This document shows, piece after piece, positions 41,159-49,200 of a stretch of DNA of 64,000 nucleotides. Below the pieces are notes generated by a model. That model ran no database searches and had not been told where the DNA came from. It was given only the letters and a program-made list of their open reading frames with translations. The stretch is from Acidobacteriota bacterium (GTDB lineage: Bacteria > Acidobacteriota > Thermoanaerobaculia > Gp7-AA8). A program made the translations under genes and the position numbers. The stretch is taken from NCBI GenBank assembly GCA_019244185.1, contig JAFATB010000025.1, positions 128,001 through 192,000 of the forward strand, given 5' to 3'. The first letter of the stretch is position 1. Every line of letters starts with the position of its first letter.

Positions 41159-42583
41159 TTACTGCTCGCTGACCACGACGCCGTCGCCTTCGAAGCGGAT
41201 CTTGAAGCCGGGCGGCGTACCTTCCGCGGCCTCGATCATCACGTTCTCGAGCGACTTGTCGTCGACGACCGTGGCGATGAGATTGCCGGTCCACGCCACG
41301 AGCGCGTTCGAGGAGATCGACAGCGGATACTCACGCGTCACGCGCAGCGTCAGCGGCTCGATCGACGTCGAGATCGCGAGCGAGCCCTTGCCGAAGATCT
41401 TCACCGTATCGATCTTGCGCTGATACGACGCATCGTAGATCGGCTCGACGCGATACGTGAGCGAGTCTTCGAGTGCGAGGAGATTGCTGCCCTCGATGTA
41501 GATGAACTCGTCGTTGAGATCGAGGAGGAACGTCTTGCGCCCTTTCTCGTAGACGAAGATCTTCCCCTGTCCGACGGCCTTCACGAGCGTCTGCGCGGTC
41601 GTACCGACGAGCGCGGATTCGGCCACGAACTTGAGGTTGCCGGAGTAGCTCGACACCGTGCCGCGCTTCACGTGCACGCTGCGCGCGAAGTTGATCTCGA
41701 GGAAGCCGTTCTCGTGCAGCGCGAAAGTCTTCGACGCGCCTTCGATCTTGCGCGCGACGTCGATGTGCTTCGCCTCGACGTGCTGCGGCTCGTCGACGGC
41801 GTCCTGCAGCTTGCGCGCGGCGGTGATCGCGGCGGGATCCTGTACGGCCGGAACGGGCTCGGTGATCGGATTGCTGCGCGGCTTCGGCGGCAGCGCGACC
41901 GTCTGCGTGACGACGGGCGTCTGCGGCAGCGTTGGCGTCGGCACCATGCCCGGTTGCGTGTGCGTCGGGATCGACGCCGTATCGTCGTTCGTCAGCGCGC
42001 GGACTTTTTGTGTCGTGCTTTGCGTCACGCTCGGCGCTTTCGGCGGAGCGGGTGGCGGAGCCGCAGGCGCGGCAGCCGGCGGCGGCGCGGCGGGTCGCGA
42101 CGTCGGGCGCATCTCCGCTTCGACTTCGCGCATCAGCTTGTCCGCGCCGGCGAACTTCAGGTGCTCGAGCGCGAGGCCGAACTTCTTCTTCTGGCGATAG
42201 AGCAGGCCGAGGTAGAGGTGCGACTTCGCGTAATTCGGACGCAGCTCGATCGCGCGGCTGAGGAACTGTTCGGCGTCGTCGAGCTTTCCCTGCTTGAAGA
42301 GGATCAGGCCGAGGTTCGAGTGCAGGATGAAGACATTCGGATTCTCGGTGATGAGCCTCCGGTAAATGACCTCGGCTTCCGGAAACGCGTTCGTCTTGAA
42401 GTAGACCAGGCCGAGAAGGTTGAGCACGTCGGCGTCGTCGGGGCGCAGGCGCTGCGCCGCTTCGAGCTCGCGGCGCGCTTCCGCGTAGCGTCCCTCCTGG
42501 AAAGCCTCGCGGCCACGGTTGTAATGCAGGAGGAAAACGCCCTGATCGAAAGGCGGCGCGACTGCCGGTTCACGCTCAGGCAT
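41159..42583 (-). CDS. TPR + AIM24 domain protein
   Basis: N-terminal TPRs (LNLLGLVYF, HSNLGLILF, HLYLGLLY), Pro/Ala linker, AIM24-like beta domain (SYSGNLKF...GEG/GDG). Confidence 0.8.
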   Translation of the reverse strand: MPEREPAVAPPFDQGVFLLHYNRGREAFQEGRYAEARRELEAAQRLRPDDADVLNLLGLVYFKTNAFPEAEVIYRRLITENPNVFILHSNLGLILFKQGKLDDAEQFLSRAIELRPNYAKSHLYLGLLYRQKKKFGLALEHLKFAGADKLMREVEAEMRPTSRPAAPPPAAAPAAPPPAPPKAPSVTQSTTQKVRALTNDDTASIPTHTQPGMVPTPTLPQTPVVTQTVALPPKPRSNPITEPVPAVQDPAAITAARKLQDAVDEPQHVEAKHIDVARKIEGASKTFALHENGFLEINFARSVHVKRGTVSSYSGNLKFVAESALVGTTAQTLVKAVGQGKIFVYEKGRKTFLLDLNDEFIYIEGSNLLALEDSLTYRVEPIYDASYQRKIDTVKIFGKGSLAISTSIEPLTLRVTREYPLSISSNALVAWTGNLIATVVDDKSLENVMIEAAEGTPPGFKIRFEGDGVVVSEQ

Positions 42584-42604
42584 GTGCGAGCGCGATTCTA
42601 CAGC

Positions 42605-43294
42605 CTAATGCGTACCGAGATATTTCATCCCCGGAATGAGCGCCGGCACCATCGACTGCATGAACTGCGCGCCGAAGCCCCCTTTGAGCTTCGGTCCGCC
42701 GCGGCGTGCGGCGAAGATCACCGCGCGGTCCGACGAAGCGCCGTACGGCTTGCCGGAGTACACCGTCATCGCGCGGCGCACGTACTCGGTCGTCTCCGCG
42801 TACGGCGGCACGCCGCCGTACTTCAGCACCGCGCCTTCGCCGGCGTTGTACGCGGCGAGCACGCGCGGCAGGTCTTCGCGGAAGAGCTCCATGAGATACG
42901 AGAGGTACTGCACGCCGCCGGAGATGTTCTGCTCGGGATCGTGGATACGCGAGACGCCAAAACGCCGCGCCGTCTCCGGCATCAGCTGCATCAGTCCGCG
43001 CGCGCCTTTGTGCGAGACGCACTGCGGATCGAAATCGGATTCCACCTGAATCACCGCGCGCACCAGCGTCGCATCGACGTTGTACTGATCGGCGTAGCGC
43101 TGGATGATCTTGTCGAACTTCGAATGCCGGTCATGGCGTGCGGCGAGCCAGTGCAGATCGGAGAGATGCGGGTTCGTCGAGCCGCCGACGTTGTAGATCA
43201 CCTTCGAGCCGTCGGCCTTGATGCCGAGGCGAACGTCGGCGCCGACGGATGCGGCGAGCAGTGCGCTGCAGGCGATGGCGGCGATGACGCGCAT
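42605..43294 (-). CDS. Lytic transglycosylase (SLT domain)
   Basis: VIQVESDF, SHKGARGLMQLMP, AAYNAG, PPYAET. Confidence 0.93.
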   Translation of the reverse strand: MRVIAAIACSALLAASVGADVRLGIKADGSKVIYNVGGSTNPHLSDLHWLAARHDRHSKFDKIIQRYADQYNVDATLVRAVIQVESDFDPQCVSHKGARGLMQLMPETARRFGVSRIHDPEQNISGGVQYLSYLMELFREDLPRVLAAYNAGEGAVLKYGGVPPYAETTEYVRRAMTVYSGKPYGASSDRAVIFAARRGGPKLKGGFGAQFMQSMVPALIPGMKYLGTH

Positions 43295-43328
43295 TGCCGA
43301 AGATCGTACCACGGCGGAAAATGGCGCC

Positions 43329-43649
43329 ATGTCGTTCCGCCCGATGCAGGATGAAGTCGACGCGTGGATCTCGCAGTTCGAGGAAGGCTACTTCCCGCCG
43401 CTGCCGATGCTCGCGCGTCTCACCGAGGAAGTCGGCGAGCTCGCGCGCGCGCTGATGCATTACTACGGCGGCAAAAAGCCGAAGGAAGGTGAAGCGCACG
43501 GCGACGTCGGCGAGGAAATCGTCGACGCGATCTTCGTCCTCATCTGCCTCGCGAACTCGCTGAACATCGACCTCGATGCGCGCTTCGCGCAGATGATGGA
43601 GAAGTACCGCACGCGCGACGCGGAGCGCTGGACGAAGAAGCGCGTCTGA
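43329..43649 (+). CDS. MazG-like nucleotide pyrophosphohydrolase (YpjD-like)
   Basis: LTEEVGELAR...EEIVD...CLANSL. Confidence 0.9.
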   Translation: MSFRPMQDEVDAWISQFEEGYFPPLPMLARLTEEVGELARALMHYYGGKKPKEGEAHGDVGEEIVDAIFVLICLANSLNIDLDARFAQMMEKYRTRDAERWTKKRV

Positions 43650-43793
43650 CGGAAAACCGCGAGTTTTCTCCGAATCTCGTGGATTTGCGCTATCATCCTT
43701 CCATCCAAAAAACAGTTGTACTGCTCGCACCGCCGGCGCACGCCGGGGCCGAAGCGAGCATTCACCGGTCGACGCTGACCAAGGAGACCTTCG

Positions 43794-44165
43794 ATGGACG
43801 GCTTGCTGCGAGCGCTGATCAAGACCGTGCGCCGCCGTCTGCGCGCGGACGAGGAAGTGACGGTGGAAGCCGTCACGAAAGAACTGGGCTACACGCGGCA
43901 GTACATCTCGGGCCGCTTCCATCGCACGACCGGTCGCCTGCTCAGCCAGTTCCTCAAAGAGAAGCGACTCGAGAAAGCGGCGCGGCTGCTGAAAGCCGGC
44001 AACGTCCGCGTCTCGCAGGTCGCGCGCCGCTGCGGCTTCGATTCGGAGAACTACTTCCGCCAGCAGTTCCGCCTGCGCTACGGGATGTCGCCGCGCCAGT
44101 TCCGGACGAGCGGCACGTTGCGCGCGGCACCGCGGCGGATGCCGATCGCGATGGCTACTGCGTGA
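43794..44165 (+). CDS. Stand-alone AraC-type HTH regulator
   Basis: RLEKAARLL...VARRCGFDSENYFRQQFR..YGMSP; AAGGAG SD. Confidence 0.88.
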   Translation: MDGLLRALIKTVRRRLRADEEVTVEAVTKELGYTRQYISGRFHRTTGRLLSQFLKEKRLEKAARLLKAGNVRVSQVARRCGFDSENYFRQQFRLRYGMSPRQFRTSGTLRAAPRRMPIAMATA

Positions 44166-44772
44166 CGCGCAGCGGCACGTCGAAGGCCGCCTCGATCCAC
44201 AGATAGCGCAGCGTGTTCGCGTCGTGCGCGCGCGTGCCGAGCGCGTAGCGCAGAAACAACAGCGTGCGCCGCAACGCGGAATGCGGCGCCGCCCGCTCGG
44301 CGAGATGGGCACGATGCTCGTCCGCCGTCGCGAACGTCACCGAGCGCAGCGGATGCGCGAGCCGCACGACGCTCCCCTGCACCGTCACCTCATCCCACTG
44401 CCCTTTGTTCGCGTGACGCAGATAGTTGCGGCGATGGAAGAAGCGCACTTCGCCGTCATCGGCGCCGACGTGCAGCGGCTTCCCCGCGTAAATCGGCAGC
44501 GCGCGAATGCGAAAGCCGCGCGCCTTCGCCGCGCTCGCCGCGTCGAAGAGCTCCTGCGCCAGCGCGTCGTCGACGGTCTCACGCTCGCGCACGATCAGGA
44601 TCCAGTCCGCGCTCGCGGCGTCCACCGCACGATTGAACTCCGCGCGATGCTTCGAAAGCGCGTCGCGCGGCGGGATGTCGAGCACGAGCTGTTCGACATG
44701 CTCGAAGCGCGTCGTCAGCGCCTGCAACTCCTCGGCATGCACATGGCCGAGGGCGATGATCGAGAGACGCAC
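44155..44772 (-). CDS. Degenerate GT2 (WaaE/LgtF-like) glycosyltransferase homolog
   Basis: Pattern RLSII...FNRAVDAASADWILIV...GFRI...VRFFHR matches GT2, but DADE is replaced by RERE. Confidence 0.6.
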   Translation of the reverse strand: MRLSIIALGHVHAEELQALTTRFEHVEQLVLDIPPRDALSKHRAEFNRAVDAASADWILIVRERETVDDALAQELFDAASAAKARGFRIRALPIYAGKPLHVGADDGEVRFFHRRNYLRHANKGQWDEVTVQGSVVRLAHPLRSVTFATADEHRAHLAERAAPHSALRRTLLFLRYALGTRAHDANTLRYLWIEAAFDVPLRVTQ

Positions 44773-44786
44773 GGCCGCAACGCGCC

Positions 44787-45575
44787 TTAGTCGCCGACGT
44801 CTTCGCGCACGCGCACGATGCGCACCGCGCGTCCGGTCGTCTCGTCGACCTCGATGAGCACGCCGGAGAGGCGGATGTCGCGCTTCGCGACCTCGAGCTT
44901 GCGCGGCGTGTTCATGAGAAACCGATGCAGCGCCTCGTCGGGACGAAAGCCGATCACCGAGTCGTACGCGCCGGTCATGCCGACGTCCGTCTGATACGCG
45001 GTGCCGTTCGGCAGGATGCGCTCGTCCGCCGTCGGCACGTGCGTGTGCGTGCCGACGACGGCGGAGACGCGACCGTCGAGATAGCGGCCGAACGCCTGCT
45101 TCTCCGACGACGCCTCGCCGTGGATGTCGACGATGATCACCTTCGCCGCGCCGCCGAGCTCCGCGAGCTCGCGGTCGGCGCAGTAGAACGGGTTGTCGAT
45201 CGGCGGCATGAACACGTTGCCCATGAACTGCAGCACCGCCACGTTCACGCCGCCCGCCGTCTGCCGCACGACTTTCCCCTTGCCCGGATTTCCGGCCGGA
45301 TAGTTCGCCGGCCGGATCACCTGCGGGTACTGGTCGTAGTTGTCGACGAAGTCCTTCTTGTCCCAGATGTGATTGCCCGACGTGTACGCGTTGATGGGCA
45401 GGTCCGACAGCTCTTCGATGATGGCCTCGGTCACGCCGAAGCCGCCCGCCGCGTTCTCGATGTTCACGATCGTGAAATCGACGCGCTCGCGGTCGACGAC
45501 CGTCTCGAGCTTCTGCCGCAGCGCACGGCGTCCCGGCTGCCCGACGACGTCACCGATGTAGAGGATGTTGACCAT
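44787..45575 (-). CDS. ymdB: YmdB family metallophosphoesterase
   Basis: IGDVVG, NIENAAGG, TSGNHIWD, RPANYP, GTHTHV, TDVGMTG. Confidence 0.95.
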   Translation of the reverse strand: MVNILYIGDVVGQPGRRALRQKLETVVDRERVDFTIVNIENAAGGFGVTEAIIEELSDLPINAYTSGNHIWDKKDFVDNYDQYPQVIRPANYPAGNPGKGKVVRQTAGGVNVAVLQFMGNVFMPPIDNPFYCADRELAELGGAAKVIIVDIHGEASSEKQAFGRYLDGRVSAVVGTHTHVPTADERILPNGTAYQTDVGMTGAYDSVIGFRPDEALHRFLMNTPRKLEVAKRDIRLSGVLIEVDETTGRAVRIVRVREDVGD

Positions 45576-45578
45576 GAA

Positions 45579-47153
45579 TTACTTCGCGTACTCCGTCGCG
45601 CGCATCTCGCGGATCACCGTGACTTTGATCTGTCCCGGGTACTGCAGCTCGGACTCGATCTTCCGCGCCACGTCCTTCGAGAGCCAGATCGACTGCTCGT
45701 CGGTGATCTTCTCCGAGTTCACGATGATGCGAAGCTCGCGCCCTGCCTGAATGGCGAAGCTCTTCGAGACGCCGTCCATCGAGTTCGCGATCGACTCGAG
45801 CCGTTCCAGACGATGCACGTAGTTCTCGAGAATCTCACGCCGCGCGCCGGGGCGTGCCGCGGAGAGCGCGTCGGCGGCGTTGACGAGCACGGCTTCGACC
45901 GTCGTCGGATCGTAGTCGCCGTGATGGCACTCCATCGCGTGGATGATCTCGCGCTTCTCGCCGTACTTGTCGAGCACCTGGCGGCCGAGCTCGAGATGCG
46001 TGCCTTCCATCTCGCGGTCGATCGCCTTGCCGATGTCGTGCAGTAGTCCGCCGCGCTTCGCGATGGTGTCGTTGACGCCGAGCTCCACGGCCATGAGCGC
46101 CGCGAGTTGCGCGACTTCGAGCGAATGCACGAGCACGTTCTGGCCGTACGACGTGCGGTAGCGCAGACGGCCGAGGAGCTTGAGGATCTCCGGATGGATG
46201 TCGGTGATGCCGAGCGAGAACGCCGCGGCCTCGCCCTCCTCGAAGAGCTTCTGGTCGAGCTCCTGCCGGACCTTGTCGACGAGCTCCTCGATGCGCGCAG
46301 GATGAATGCGGCCGTCCTGCATGAGGCGCTCGAGCGAAATGCGCGCGATCTCGCGGCGGATCGGATCGAAGCCGGAGAGGATGACCGCTTCCGGCGTGTC
46401 GTCGACGATGAGGTCGACGCCGGTCGCGAGCTCGAGCGCGCGGATGTTGCGTCCCTCGCGGCCGATGATGCGGCCCTTCATGTCTTCACTCGGTAGATCG
46501 ACGACGGAGACGGTGTTCTCGGCGACGTAATCCGAGGCCATGCGCTGGATGGCCATGCCGAGGATCTTCTTCGCCTTCTGGTTGCCGAGCTCCGTGGCCT
46601 CGCTCTCGATGCGCTTGATGATGTTCGCGGCTTCGAGCTTCGCTTCGTTCTCGATGCCGCGGATCAGCTCGCGCTTGGCCTCGTCGACGGTGAGGCCGGC
46701 CACTTGTTCGAGGCGGTGGCGCTGCGCTTCGACGAGCTCGTCGAGCTCTGTCTCGCGCGCTTCGACGCGCTTTTCGCGGTCGCCGAGGCTGCGGTCGCGC
46801 TTCTCGACTTCCGTGATGCGGCTGTCGATCTGCTGCGTTTTCTTGTCGAGGCTTTCTTCTTTCTGCTGCAGGCGCCGTTCGACCGACTTGATTTCGTCGC
46901 GGCGCTGCTGCGCCTGCTTGTCGAACTCCGAGCGCATCTGGAGGAGTTTTTCCTTCGCCTCCAGATTGGCTTCTTTGACGCGCGCCTCGGCCTGCTTCTT
47001 CGCGTCGTCGACGATGCGGTCCGCGGTGCGGCGCGCTTCTTCGAGCTGCGCCTCCGCGCGCTTGCGGTAGATGGCTGACCAGACGGCAGCCAACACGACG
47101 GCGAGGACGATTCCTACGCCGATCGCGATCAAGACCTGGATGATGTTCATCAA
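45579..47153 (-). CDS. rny: Ribonuclease Y
   Basis: N-terminal TM, coiled coil, KH domain ([12 protein letters not shown]), HD domain (LLHDIGK), [12 protein letters not shown]. Confidence 0.97.
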   Translation of the reverse strand: MMNIIQVLIAIGVGIVLAVVLAAVWSAIYRKRAEAQLEEARRTADRIVDDAKKQAEARVKEANLEAKEKLLQMRSEFDKQAQQRRDEIKSVERRLQQKEESLDKKTQQIDSRITEVEKRDRSLGDREKRVEARETELDELVEAQRHRLEQVAGLTVDEAKRELIRGIENEAKLEAANIIKRIESEATELGNQKAKKILGMAIQRMASDYVAENTVSVVDLPSEDMKGRIIGREGRNIRALELATGVDLIVDDTPEAVILSGFDPIRREIARISLERLMQDGRIHPARIEELVDKVRQELDQKLFEEGEAAAFSLGITDIHPEILKLLGRLRYRTSYGQNVLVHSLEVAQLAALMAVELGVNDTIAKRGGLLHDIGKAIDREMEGTHLELGRQVLDKYGEKREIIHAMECHHGDYDPTTVEAVLVNAADALSAARPGARREILENYVHRLERLESIANSMDGVSKSFAIQAGRELRIIVNSEKITDEQSIWLSKDVARKIESELQYPGQIKVTVIREMRATEYAK

Positions 47154-47190
47154 ACCTCCGCGTCGGGAGGCTTGCGCTGAAGAGGAAAGA

Positions 47191-47400
47191 TTTCGGAGTA
47201 CCCCGCCTGAGCCGTGTGGAGGATTCTTACCTGAACCTGTACATGACAGGTGGGCGCCCTACTCGTGCCGTTTTGGCTACCTTCTGAGGTCCCACTGCGG
47301 GACGAAGGCGTGCACGCGACCCGAGACGCGAGCTACCCGAGATAAGAAGTACGGTTCAAGTGCTAGATCGTGCATCACGAACTCTGCAGGGCCTCCGAAA
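47191..47400 (-). ncRNA. ssrS: 6S RNA
   Basis: Directly downstream of zapA; complementary ends TTTCGGAG...CTCCGAAA; internal TGAACC/GGTTCA pairing and GGGCGCCCACCTG motif typical of 6S RNAs; exact ends approximate. Confidence 0.85.
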
Positions 47401-47423
47401 CGATTACGACTACGTCAGTTTGC

Positions 47424-47726
47424 TCAGCCTATTACCTCGCTGAGACGATCTGATATTTCCTCTGTTCTCTCGATCCAAATTCCCGCGGCATCCTCCCGCT
47501 GTCTCCGGTATCTCGAGAACTCGTCGGCTATGTTGAGAGCCGCCAGGATGGCGATTTTCATCGGGTCGACCGTGGCAACCTGCGACGCGACCTCACGCAT
47601 CCGGGCATCGACAAACCGCGCAAGCTCCTCTAAATAGTCCGGGTTTCCCTCGCCGCGAACGTTGTACGTCTGACCGAAGATCTCGACGCCAGTCGAGGCG
47701 TTGGTCGAGTCGTATTTCGCGTCCAT
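47424..47726 (-). CDS. zapA: Cell division protein ZapA
   Basis: VEIFGQTYNV...LARFVDARM...AILAALNIADE. Confidence 0.93.
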   Translation of the reverse strand: MDAKYDSTNASTGVEIFGQTYNVRGEGNPDYLEELARFVDARMREVASQVATVDPMKIAILAALNIADEFSRYRRQREDAAGIWIERTEEISDRLSEVIG

Positions 47727-47914
47727 GGAGAAAGTTAACCCGAGACGGCGCGGATTATAGCAGGAGTCGCGCGCCGTTCACTCCGCACCGCTGCCGGACG
47801 CGCCGCGAGGGTCCGCGGCGTCTCGCCCTACGACATGAAAACGGCCGCCGGCGCCGCGCAATCGCGCCTAATGTGACCTCGTCCGCGCATGGTCTCAGGC
47901 ATAATCTCCCCATC

Positions 47915-47943
47915 TTGCTTACGCCCGATTACCGCCGTAACTT
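47915..47943 (+). promoter_or_regulatory. Sigma70-type promoter of the imuA operon with an overlapping TTAC-N4-GTAA palindrome
   Basis: TTGCTT (47915-20), 17-bp spacer, TAACTT (47938-43); TTACCGCCGTAA at 47929-47940. Confidence 0.55.
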
Positions 47944-47952
47944 ATGGGAGTC

Positions 47953-48840
47953 ATGTCCGCCACAGCGCGCTCTTTTCTAAGACAGACTTCCCTCCTCGAC
48001 CTCGAGGCGGAACGCCCGAAACCCACCCTTCCCGCTTCTCCACAAAATGTAGAGAAGTCCCTGCAGAGAGAAGACGTTGCACGCCTTCGCGCGTCGCTCC
48101 AGGGCACCGCCGCGGCGAAGGTGATGAACGCCACCGAGCTCCTCCGCGCGCTCGAGAAAGAACGCCGCGATGAGCTCATCCCGACGACGCTCGATCCGTT
48201 CGACGAGCTCCTCGGCGGCGGACTGCCGCGCGGGAAGATGGTCGAGCTCACCGGACGCCGCGGCGCCGGCCGCTTCTCGATCGTCCTCTCCGCCCTCGCC
48301 GCCGCGACCAGTATGGGCGAAGCAGCCGTGCTCGTCGATCTCGGCGATCACCTCGACCCGCAGCTCGCCGAGGCGAATGGTGTGGATCTGCGCCGCCTGC
48401 TCTGGATCCGCCCGAAGACGCTCAAGCAGGCGGTGATGAGCGTCGAGATGATCGCCGCGACCGGCTTTCAACTCGTCGTGCTCGACACGGGACTGCACCC
48501 GATGCGCGGACGCCGCGTGCCCGACGCCGCATGGGTGCGCCTCGCGCGGACCGCGGAAGCCCACGGCGCGGCGATGCTCGTCTCGACGCCGTACCCGCTC
48601 ACCGGCACCGCCTCGGAAGCCGTGATCGTCGCCGAACGCACCCGCGCGCAATGGCTCGGCCGCGGCGCCGCTCCCCGCGTCCTCGCCGGAATGACGACCG
48701 TGCTGCGCCTCGAGAAGCACCGCCACCGCAAGCCCGGCACCCACGCGACGCTGACGCTGCGCGCCGAAGACGCCGTGCCGCCGACCGCGGCCGTGCGGCA
48801 GATGGATGAGCTGAGCCCGCGCGAGAGGAAGCGTGCGTGA
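47953..48840 (+). CDS. imuA: ImuA / RecA-like mutasome subunit
   Basis: IPTTLDPFDELLGGGLPRGKMVEL, degenerate Walker A (GRRGAGRF), GVDLRRLLWIRP; upstream of imuB and dnaE2. Confidence 0.85.
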   Translation: MSATARSFLRQTSLLDLEAERPKPTLPASPQNVEKSLQREDVARLRASLQGTAAAKVMNATELLRALEKERRDELIPTTLDPFDELLGGGLPRGKMVELTGRRGAGRFSIVLSALAAATSMGEAAVLVDLGDHLDPQLAEANGVDLRRLLWIRPKTLKQAVMSVEMIAATGFQLVVLDTGLHPMRGRRVPDAAWVRLARTAEAHGAAMLVSTPYPLTGTASEAVIVAERTRAQWLGRGAAPRVLAGMTTVLRLEKHRHRKPGTHATLTLRAEDAVPPTAAVRQMDELSPRERKRA

Positions 48841-48859
48841 GGGGACTCAGGACGCACGC

Positions 48860-49024
48860 ATGAGTCGCATCGCCTACCTCGACGCGCCGCGCCTTCACGC
48901 GCCGCGCTCCACGCCACGCGTCCGTGCGGCCGCAGCCACGCGCCGCGCGCCGTTCCGCGTCGAACGCGCGCGCTGCTCCCCGCGCGCCAGTGAAGCCGCG
49001 TCGCGCACGAGGATGCGCGGATGA
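48860..49024 (+). CDS. 54-aa Arg/Ala-rich mini-ORF starting like ImuB (MSRIAY)
   Basis: AGGA SD; ATGA overlaps at both ends; expression unproven. Confidence 0.4.
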   Translation: MSRIAYLDAPRLHAPRSTPRVRAAAATRRAPFRVERARCSPRASEAASRTRMRG

Positions 49025-49200
49025 GCCGCATCGCCTGCATCCACACGCTGCGTCTCCACGCGCGGCACTCTGCTCTCGCCGCACACGCGACGCCGCGCGC
49101 GCGGAGGTCCGCAGCGATACGCCGCGAGCTCCGCGTCGAACGCGCGCGCTGCTCCCCGCGCGCCACCGCGGCCGCCTCGCGCACGAGGACGCGCGGATGA
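49021..49200 (+). CDS. 59-aa Arg/Ala-rich mini-ORF starting like ImuB (MSRIACIH)
   Basis: Translated by hand: MSRIACIHTLRLHARHSALAAHATPRARRSAAIRRELRVERARCSPRATAAASRTRTRG; ATGA overlap into imuB. Confidence 0.4.
   Translation: MSRIACIHTLRLHARHSALAAHATPRARRSAAIRRELRVERARCSPRATAAASRTRTRG

Noticed and set aside
47071-47637. 188-aa + strand ORF
   Set aside because: Antisense to zapA, 6S RNA and rny; no protein-like features.
48924-49196. 91-aa N-terminal extension of ImuB in the ORF track
   Set aside because: Reads through repeat DNA; the SD and family-typical start are at 49197.
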